Positions 55,615-64,000 of a stretch of 64,000 bases of DNA are shown one piece after another (the stretch's first letter is position 1; every line of letters starts with the position of its first letter). Under the pieces are notes generated by a model. It worked only from the letters and a program-made list of their open reading frames with translations. It searched no databases and was not told where the DNA came from. Source of the DNA: Gemmatimonadaceae bacterium (GTDB lineage Bacteria; Gemmatimonadota; Gemmatimonadetes; Gemmatimonadales; Gemmatimonadaceae). The stretch is from assembly GCA_045803545.1 (NCBI GenBank), contig JBJMOW010000006.1, positions 1-64,000 on the forward strand, written 5' to 3'. Both the position numbers and the translations under genes were made by a program.

Positions 55615-56357
55615 CAGCTCAGGCTGAAGCCGCCATCGGCGGTGATAACCTGCCCGTTGATCCATCGCGCTTCCGGTGCGAGCAGGAACGCCGCAATCGG
55701 TGCGATGTCTTCGGGGCGACCGAGCCTGCCCGGAGTGCGTCGACGGCTTTCGGCTTCGACGTCGGCGAACGTCGCGAAGCTTCGCAGCGAGTCTGTGTCA
55801 ACCGGCCCGCCACGAATCGCGTTGACGTTGACATGACAGGACGACATCTCCACCGCCAGATATTTTACCAGCGATTCGAGCGCGCCTTTCGCCGCCGCAA
55901 TCGGCGCGTAGCCGGGCATCACCGACGACGCGCCGAGACTGGTGAATGCGAGTATCGATCCGGCCTCGGCGAAGTGCGGCTGCGCCGATGATACAAGAGC
56001 GAGCAACGCACCAACGTGGGTGTCCCACGCCAGCTGCCAGCGCGCCGGTCGCGTCGAAAGCGCTGGTGACAACGAGCCGAGCCCCGCGGCGTGGACGATT
56101 GCGTTGATCGAGCCTGCATCGTCGACAAACCGGCGCACGACATCAGCACATTCGTCCGGTTTGCCGAGATTGGCGCAGTACGACAACGCGCGGCGCTTCT
56201 TTCCCTCAATGGCATCGACGACCTCGCGCGCCGCGGTGTCGTTGCGCAGATAGACAATGCCGACATCCCAACCGCGCTCGGCCAGCTCCAACGCGACGGC
56301 GCGGCCGATGCCGCGACTGCCGCCGGTGACGAGTGCCCAGCGTTCACCATTCACCAA
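55614..56357 (-). CDS. SDR, enoyl-ACP reductase (FabL-like)
   Basis: TGGSRGIG; Y-x6-K spacing YAPIAAAK typical of enoyl reductases; GGPVDTD. Confidence 0.85.
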   Translation of the reverse strand: MVNGERWALVTGGSRGIGRAVALELAERGWDVGIVYLRNDTAAREVVDAIEGKKRRALSYCANLGKPDECADVVRRFVDDAGSINAIVHAAGLGSLSPALSTRPARWQLAWDTHVGALLALVSSAQPHFAEAGSILAFTSLGASSVMPGYAPIAAAKGALESLVKYLAVEMSSCHVNVNAIRGGPVDTDSLRSFATFADVEAESRRRTPGRLGRPEDIAPIAAFLLAPEARWINGQVITADGGFSLS

Positions 56358-57881
56358 TCAATTGCCGCCCGTCGGCACACCGGCGACTCTCCGCTTCGCA
56401 AAACTCTCAGCCGCCAGCCGCGCTGCCCCGTCGTGCTCGCTCACAATGCGGGCAAGCGCCGCCTCGTTAGCAGGTCCACTCTCCGGCAGATGCAACCGGT
56501 AATAACCGCGCGTGTGCAGGAATACGCTGCGCTCTGTTCCCGGGCGCGCCGGCGGCGCCGCAAAAGTCAGCAGCGCGCGATCTCCCGTCACAGGCATTGC
56601 GTAGTAGCGTTGGTCGGCAGCGGTCAGATCCGCGAGAACATCCCGATTATCCGATGTAACGGCAGACATCGGCGCAACGCGCGTCACTGTCAGCGGCGGC
56701 GTTGCATCGTCGTAGCTGATTTCGAACGAGTTGAGCGCCCAGAATCCTGAAGGCGGACGAATCCGCAAACGAAGCTTATCTCCGTTCACGCGACTAACGT
56801 CGAGCGGAACCACCCGCGTCTCGGTGAGAAATGGCCCGCCTCCGGGAAGCAATCCGCGCGTACTCCACACACCGTCTTCGTCCACATCGAGCTTGAGAAC
56901 GTACAGCTCCTCGTTGACGTTCCACGCGCGGAGCGCGGCGAGATTCGCTGGGCTATTGTCGAGGGAAGCGTACCACTCGGTTACCGAAGACCCACGCAGC
57001 TGCAGCATCTCGCGGATCATGTGCGATCCCCAAATGCCGGTGCCGGCGCGCGCGACAAGTCTCGCGCGAGTCGCCCCACGCGGCTTGGGATACTCGAGAA
57101 CTATTTCCTGCCGGGGGCCAGTCGTTGGATTGACTACGGGCAGCGGCTCCCAGATTCTCTGATCGTCCGTTGCAAGCCACGCAGTGAGATCGCGATTGTC
57201 CTGATCTCGCGCCACCGACGGTCCCCTCGCATCTGATACGACATAAGGCTTCCCAAATTCGTCCATCGCTATGCGCGCGCCGGGCTGATGATCGATCACC
57301 ATCAGCTCCATCGAATTCGTGTACTGGGTCTCGTTTACTTCGTTGGTAACCATCAACCGGTAATTACCGGCTTCGTCTGGTCGGAGCTGCTCGAGATTTG
57401 AGTAATCGTCCCGTTCCAGTCCGCGGGTGATGGCGCCCCCGTACGGTTCTCCATCAAACACGTATTGCGTTCCGTCCCAGGAATACACGAAGGGACACGA
57501 CTCCTTGCTGGCGATAGCGATCGCTACCAGTGTTCCCAACACACCGACCGTAACGCCGAGCACCATGAGACTGGTGCGCCCCTTATCGAGCGACTCCACC
57601 CAGACGCGTTGCACGTTCGACAGCGCGAATCCCAGTGGCTGCTTGCCGACGTTCGCGTGGATGGTGTCTCCGCGAACAAAGGCAGCTGGACTCTTGTCGA
57701 ACTTGTATTCGGTGCCGTCGTTCAGAGTCACGCCTGACATGTGCTCGTTCGGCGCGATCCCTTTGCCCGATGCGGCGACGATGTCGGGTGATTGTTTTGT
57801 GACGCGGTGACAGCCGCTTACGTCGGCAGCCAGGAGGACTAGACACAGCGTAGCGGTGGGACGACGCACGCCTGCAAGCAT
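56358..57881 (-). CDS. large hypothetical lipoprotein with internal TM and SCPFVY motif
   Basis: GGAGG RBS, lipobox-like VSGC, TM helix followed by SCPFVYSWDG, late GYY motif. Confidence 0.82.
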   Translation of the reverse strand: MLAGVRRPTATLCLVLLAADVSGCHRVTKQSPDIVAASGKGIAPNEHMSGVTLNDGTEYKFDKSPAAFVRGDTIHANVGKQPLGFALSNVQRVWVESLDKGRTSLMVLGVTVGVLGTLVAIAIASKESCPFVYSWDGTQYVFDGEPYGGAITRGLERDDYSNLEQLRPDEAGNYRLMVTNEVNETQYTNSMELMVIDHQPGARIAMDEFGKPYVVSDARGPSVARDQDNRDLTAWLATDDQRIWEPLPVVNPTTGPRQEIVLEYPKPRGATRARLVARAGTGIWGSHMIREMLQLRGSSVTEWYASLDNSPANLAALRAWNVNEELYVLKLDVDEDGVWSTRGLLPGGGPFLTETRVVPLDVSRVNGDKLRLRIRPPSGFWALNSFEISYDDATPPLTVTRVAPMSAVTSDNRDVLADLTAADQRYYAMPVTGDRALLTFAAPPARPGTERSVFLHTRGYYRLHLPESGPANEAALARIVSEHDGAARLAAESFAKRRVAGVPTGGN

Positions 57882-58037
57882 GGTTTCCTCCGGAAGTGGA
57901 AACTTATGAATCCGCCGATCGGCAATCATGGCTGTCGCGGTACGAGAGTGTCAAGTTCAGACCATTCCGCGGTCACTCATATACGTAGGATGTCGTAGGA
58001 GCACATTTCGATTGGCGCACCGCCCACCAGGCGCGAG

Positions 58038-58796
58038 GTGTTCGTGAGATTTGAAGGCAAGGTGGCGCTGATCTTCGGCGGTGCCGGCGGAATTGGTAGC
58101 GCAACGGCGGCATTGTTTGCATCGCGAGGTGCAAAGGTCGTGGTGGCGGACATCGATACCGAAGGCGCGACAAAAGTCGCGCGCTCGATATGCGAGACCG
58201 GAGGCGCGGCGATCGCCATCCCAGCGGACGTCTCACAGTACGACGCAGCAAAAGCCGCGGTAGCCGAAACGATTCGGCGCTACGATCGGCTCGACATCAT
58301 ATTCAACTGCGCCGCGATCGTAAGTCGGCGACCACTGCTCGAGCACGAGTCCGACGATTTCGCTGGCGTCATTCGCGTCAACCTCGAAGGAACCTTCAAC
58401 ACTCTTCTGGCCGGCGCCCGCGCGATGCGCGAGATCGATGCGCGGGGCTGCATAATCAACACGGCGTCCGTCGCGGCGTACATGGCCTCGCCGTTGATGA
58501 TCGGGTACCACGCGAGCAAGGGTGCAGTGCGATCTCTCACCCAGGCGGCGGCGGTGGAACTGGCGCCGCTCGGGATACGCGTCGTTGCCGTCGCGCCTGG
58601 GGCAGTCGACACGCCCCTGCTCGGCGAGGTAAAGACTGCGGGTCTCGAGCGAGATCTCGCGCGCAAACAGCTACGGCGAAAAATGATCGCGCCCGAGAAG
58701 GTGGCCGAAGTGGTTGTGTTTCTGGCCTCGGAGGAAGCGGACGCGATCAACGGGACGGTGGTGATGGTCGACGACGGCTACGTCTCTTTCAAATGA
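58038..58796 (+). CDS. classical SDR oxidoreductase (FabG-like)
   Basis: GGAGGIG, NTAS, YHASK, PGAVDTP. Confidence 0.92.
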   Translation: MFVRFEGKVALIFGGAGGIGSATAALFASRGAKVVVADIDTEGATKVARSICETGGAAIAIPADVSQYDAAKAAVAETIRRYDRLDIIFNCAAIVSRRPLLEHESDDFAGVIRVNLEGTFNTLLAGARAMREIDARGCIINTASVAAYMASPLMIGYHASKGAVRSLTQAAAVELAPLGIRVVAVAPGAVDTPLLGEVKTAGLERDLARKQLRRKMIAPEKVAEVVVFLASEEADAINGTVVMVDDGYVSFK

Positions 58797-58887
58797 TTGG
58801 CGAAGACTACGTCGCATGACGTATGTTGGGCTCCAGACGAGCAGGGCTATCGTGCCTCCTCGCGTTACACACATCGCTGGAGGTTTC

Positions 58888-59400
58888 ATGAGATTCGGTT
58901 TCCTCACTTTCGCTGCGATCGCGGCGATATCGACCACAGGCTTCGGTCAAACTCCTGAGAGCCGCTGGCCCCCGATGGTGGGAGCAAAAGCGCGAGTCCT
59001 CGCGCCGTCGCTCGGGATCGAGAAAAGGTCAGGGATAATTGAATCTGCGCGTGGCGACACCGTGCAGTTCCGAAGACCTGAAGGGCTAACGAGCCTCGCT
59101 CCGTCCGACATCACCAGGATCGATATCCTGACTGGAACCCACCGGGAGACTGGCAAGTGGACGGGAATCGGTTTTTTAGTGGGCGCAGTAGGCGGAGCAG
59201 CGATTGGTGTGCTGACGTACAAGAAACCCGGCCCGTATTGCTCCACTGGTTACGGCTTTTGCATCGAGAGAAGCAACGACAAAGGCGCGGCTGGCGGGGC
59301 GGGAGCATTGTTGGGACTCGTCGGCGGCTCGATTATCGGTGCGATATATGGGCATCACTTGCGTGAGACGTGGACGCAATTGCCTCTGCCTGCCCGATAG
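58888..59400 (+). CDS. hypothetical secreted protein with glycine-zipper helices
   Basis: GGAGG RBS, signal peptide, GxxxG-rich helices. Confidence 0.78.
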   Translation: MRFGFLTFAAIAAISTTGFGQTPESRWPPMVGAKARVLAPSLGIEKRSGIIESARGDTVQFRRPEGLTSLAPSDITRIDILTGTHRETGKWTGIGFLVGAVGGAAIGVLTYKKPGPYCSTGYGFCIERSNDKGAAGGAGALLGLVGGSIIGAIYGHHLRETWTQLPLPAR

Positions 59401-59408
59401 TCACCTAT

Positions 59409-59804
59409 ATGAAGGATCTCGAGATCGTCTTTGAGAATCGACCTGGCGCGCTCGCCGAGATGGGAGAAGCGCTGGAGAAAGCGGGCGTGAACGTCGAAGG
59501 CGGCGGCGTCTGGCCGTGCGAGGGCAGCACGAAATCAACCGCGCACTTTCTGTTCGAGGATGGTGACGCTGCGCGCAAGGCTCTCGAGGCCGCGGGAATG
59601 CGGGTAGTCGCCGAGCGCGACGTGATCAGCCTTCGTCTGCGGCAGGGAGAGCCGGGCCAACTCGGCCGACTCGCGCGGCGCATGGCGGACGCTGGCGTGA
59701 ACATTCAGGTGCAGTACAGCGATCATTACAATCAGTTGATTCTCGTCGTCGACCAGCTGGTCAAAGGGGGCGCGATCGCGCAGGCGTGGATGAGGGAGCG
59801 CTGA
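59409..59804 (+). CDS. tandem ACT domain protein
   Basis: ENRPGALA..GVNVEG and PGQLG...AGVNI. Confidence 0.88.
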   Translation: MKDLEIVFENRPGALAEMGEALEKAGVNVEGGGVWPCEGSTKSTAHFLFEDGDAARKALEAAGMRVVAERDVISLRLRQGEPGQLGRLARRMADAGVNIQVQYSDHYNQLILVVDQLVKGGAIAQAWMRER

Positions 59805-59850
59805 TCTTCTAAGTTATTGGGAAATAAAGGCTTAAGATTAGCCGCTGAGC

Positions 59851-59879
59851 TTGCTTAACGGGGTCATTACGGGTAGATT
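59851..59879 (+). promoter_or_regulatory. putative sigma70 promoter of gyrB
   Basis: TTGCTT (59851-59856), 17-nt spacer, TAGATT (59874-59879). Confidence 0.6.
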
Positions 59880-59931
59880 TCGCAGTCTCTCGAACAGGTC
59901 GATTTCCCTCACCTTTCAGCGCGCAAACTAG

Positions 59932-61935
<2,004 letters not shown>

Positions 61936-61952
61936 TTTTAGATACCGTTTAC

Positions 61953-61987
61953 AAAAAAGCAGCGCGGGTAAACGCGCTGCTTTTTTT
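61953..61987. terminator. bidirectional Rho-independent terminator
   Basis: AAAAAA-GCAGCGCG-ggtaaa-CGCGCTGC-TTTTTTT. Confidence 0.92.
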
Positions 61988-62219
61988 CTAGCCTATAGTT
62001 ACTAGGCGCTTCGTGATTTCATACGTGATATGATTTCGGCACTCCGGTGAAACGAAAATGGCATTGTGAAAGGCAAATCAAACTCATTACCATTTGCAAT
62101 CGCAGTAGCGATCATGCCACGTTTCGGCGAAAGCTCACCATCGGTGCTGAACAATGCTCGCGAAAACTGGCCAATACTATTTTCGGCCAAAAGCTGTCGG
62201 CGCGTACGACGGCTAAATC

Positions 62220-63134
62220 GTGTCGTTTCCGTCGGCTGGGGTTGATGGGCCTGGGTCACAACTCGGTGCGTTGCTGCGATGGCTACCCGCAGCGCGCACA
62301 AAGTCGTCGAACGGGCGCTATCGGCACGTAATCCTAAAAGAAGATATCGCAGCGAGGTCGGCGGCGGTCGATTTCCTAAAGCGGTACGCGCATGCGGCAC
62401 ATGCGGATGCCGTTGCGTATTTCGCCCGCTTAAGTACGCCGACCCTAGATCCCCTCGGTACCCCTCAGACAACACGCGCATACGAGGGATACCCTAGCCG
62501 ACTTGCTGACACCACCCTTCAAGGTTATCTCGGGGAGTTATTGGCTGGCGCGATCGCGGAGAATTTTGAACTGTTCGATCAGACCAGTTGGTCGGTACCT
62601 GCCTACCTGTTCCGCTACCATCACATTGCGTTTGACCAGCTTGAACGAATGCGTCGGACGGGACGCAATCCTACACCTATTCCGGGAAGGAGTGGCGACG
62701 ATTGCCTCGCATTCCATCGCGATGCTACAGGGAATATTGACGCTTACATAGTTGCAGAGTCGAAATGCACGCGCGGCCATTCGATCGCACTAATCGACGC
62801 CGCTCACAAGCAAGCGAGTGAGGAGATTCCCAAAGGCAAGAGTACGCCATTCGTGTTGGAGATTCTCAAGGAGCGCAACACAGAAGAGGCCAATTCCTGG
62901 TATGAAGCTATCTCCAGTTTTTATTACTCGGACGTCGATCAAAACAGGTACAATCTGGTAGTTTATGTATACGGTAGACCTTGTCCGCCAGAAAGAACAC
63001 GAATCTCAAAGACCCAGCCTCATCGGACCTACACCGGTAAACACGAACTTAAGGCGGTCGAGGTGAGCGTATCTGGTGTCGGTGAGTTAGTTAATCAGGT
63101 TTACAGAGAAGGAGGCTGGGATGCCGGGACTTGA
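62220..63134 (+). CDS. HamA/DUF1837-like PD-(D/E)XK nuclease
   Basis: GYLGELLA...GDD...IVAESK motif arrangement; overlaps a helicase-like gene. Confidence 0.72.
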   Translation: MSFPSAGVDGPGSQLGALLRWLPAARTKSSNGRYRHVILKEDIAARSAAVDFLKRYAHAAHADAVAYFARLSTPTLDPLGTPQTTRAYEGYPSRLADTTLQGYLGELLAGAIAENFELFDQTSWSVPAYLFRYHHIAFDQLERMRRTGRNPTPIPGRSGDDCLAFHRDATGNIDAYIVAESKCTRGHSIALIDAAHKQASEEIPKGKSTPFVLEILKERNTEEANSWYEAISSFYYSDVDQNRYNLVVYVYGRPCPPERTRISKTQPHRTYTGKHELKAVEVSVSGVGELVNQVYREGGWDAGT

Positions 63135-64000
63135 TGATACCGCGATTGGATATGCGGCGGCCTTTTCCCAGTCCCACGCAGGTTTTTCGCTCTTACCGGC
63201 CCAAGCAAAACTTTACAGCCATTTCACTCGGATTCGTGCTGGTCGACCTGGGCTAAGTTCGTGGACAACTGCGGACACAGAGCAGCGTTTGTCCGAAGCA
63301 CTGAGACTGCTGCAAGCCGCGCTCACGCAACGCGAATCGGATCATGGCAATTGGAAGCTCACTCTTAAGCGAGCTGCCGAGATTCTTGAGTGGCTCGCAC
63401 CGGCGATCGAAGGACACGAAATCCCTTCGGATATGTTGGCGGCGGCTGCTTACCAGCTGGCTGGCTACCCCGCAAGCGCCGCAGGACTACTTCGATATGC
63501 CCGGCCGAAACAGCTCTATTCGCGGCCGTTGTATAGTCTACTTAGCGCGGATTTTACCAGCGTCTTCTCTCGCTTAGCGGAAGCCTGGGCCGAATACCCC
63601 GATGCCTTGCACGCGGCCGATGAGCCAAGAAGCGAAACGGAGCTGCTAGACGAGGAGCTGCAAAGTGCGGTAGTTCGGGAAACACTGGGAACTCTTGGGA
63701 TCGTAGCAAGTTTCCTGCGCTGGGGCGACGCCGAAAGGCTTGAGATCGCTCAGACGCGATTGCGCACACTATCGAGTCTAATGTTGCGAAGCGCAGATGC
63801 ATACTCCTGGATGCTTGCAAAACTTGTGACTGAAGCTACGAGCGTTATCGTGAGATCCGCGCTGCGGCGATTTGTTTCGCCAATCGGCGCGACTTTGACG
63901 AAGGAGGGACGCCGTGCGATAGAGGCTTATCTCCGGCGGTCATTCGTATCCGGACGCACCCTCGCGTGGCCCTCGCAGATCCGAGGAATAGAAAGTCTAC
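63121..64000 (+). CDS. probable DEAD/DEAH-box helicase (HamB-like), 5' part only
   Basis: Frame open from ATG 63121 (MPGLDD...LAAAAYQLAGYPASA...) to the window end, finishing RTLAWPSQIRGIESL, a Q-motif-like segment; GGAGG RBS. Absent from the ORF track because it has no stop in the window. Confidence 0.7.
   Translation, partial: MPGLDDTAIGYAAAFSQSHAGFSLLPAQAKLYSHFTRIRAGRPGLSSWTTADTEQRLSEALRLLQAALTQRESDHGNWKLTLKRAAEILEWLAPAIEGHEIPSDMLAAAAYQLAGYPASAAGLLRYARPKQLYSRPLYSLLSADFTSVFSRLAEAWAEYPDALHAADEPRSETELLDEELQSAVVRETLGTLGIVASFLRWGDAERLEIAQTRLRTLSSLMLRSADAYSWMLAKLVTEATSVIVRSALRRFVSPIGATLTKEGRRAIEAYLRRSFVSGRTLAWPSQIRGIESL

Overview
High-GC bacterial chromosome segment. Gene families and small lineage-typical proteins suggest Gemmatimonadota (inference). 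Core genes: the 5' part of the Thr-Tyr-Gly-Thr tRNA operon, cysS, pspA, split L-serine dehydratase, uvrA, ppx/ppk1, cutA, ccmE/F/H, type IB topoisomerase, recF, dciA-like DUF721 and gyrB. Accessory blocks: (i) an envelope-phosphate/polyphosphate locus (DUF4956, propeller lipoprotein, atypical-kinase-like/Omp85 fusion, metallophosphoesterase, Ppx, Ppk1); (ii) kaiBC without kaiA, divergent from a PAS histidine kinase, with an apparent CTG start for kaiB; (iii) a compact ACP/KS/DH/ER cluster with a large lipoprotein; (iv) an AT-richer Hachiman-like nuclease + helicase pair after gyrB, truncated by the window. The main structure not explained by the genes is a family of palindromic, mostly period-7 intergenic elements that often begin at stop codons. 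One carries a four-helix-bundle (23S-IVS/Avd-like) gene between 31-bp inverted repeats, and an 'empty' relative with near-identical arms lies about 10 kb away. All calls were made by eye from motifs; no database searches were run.
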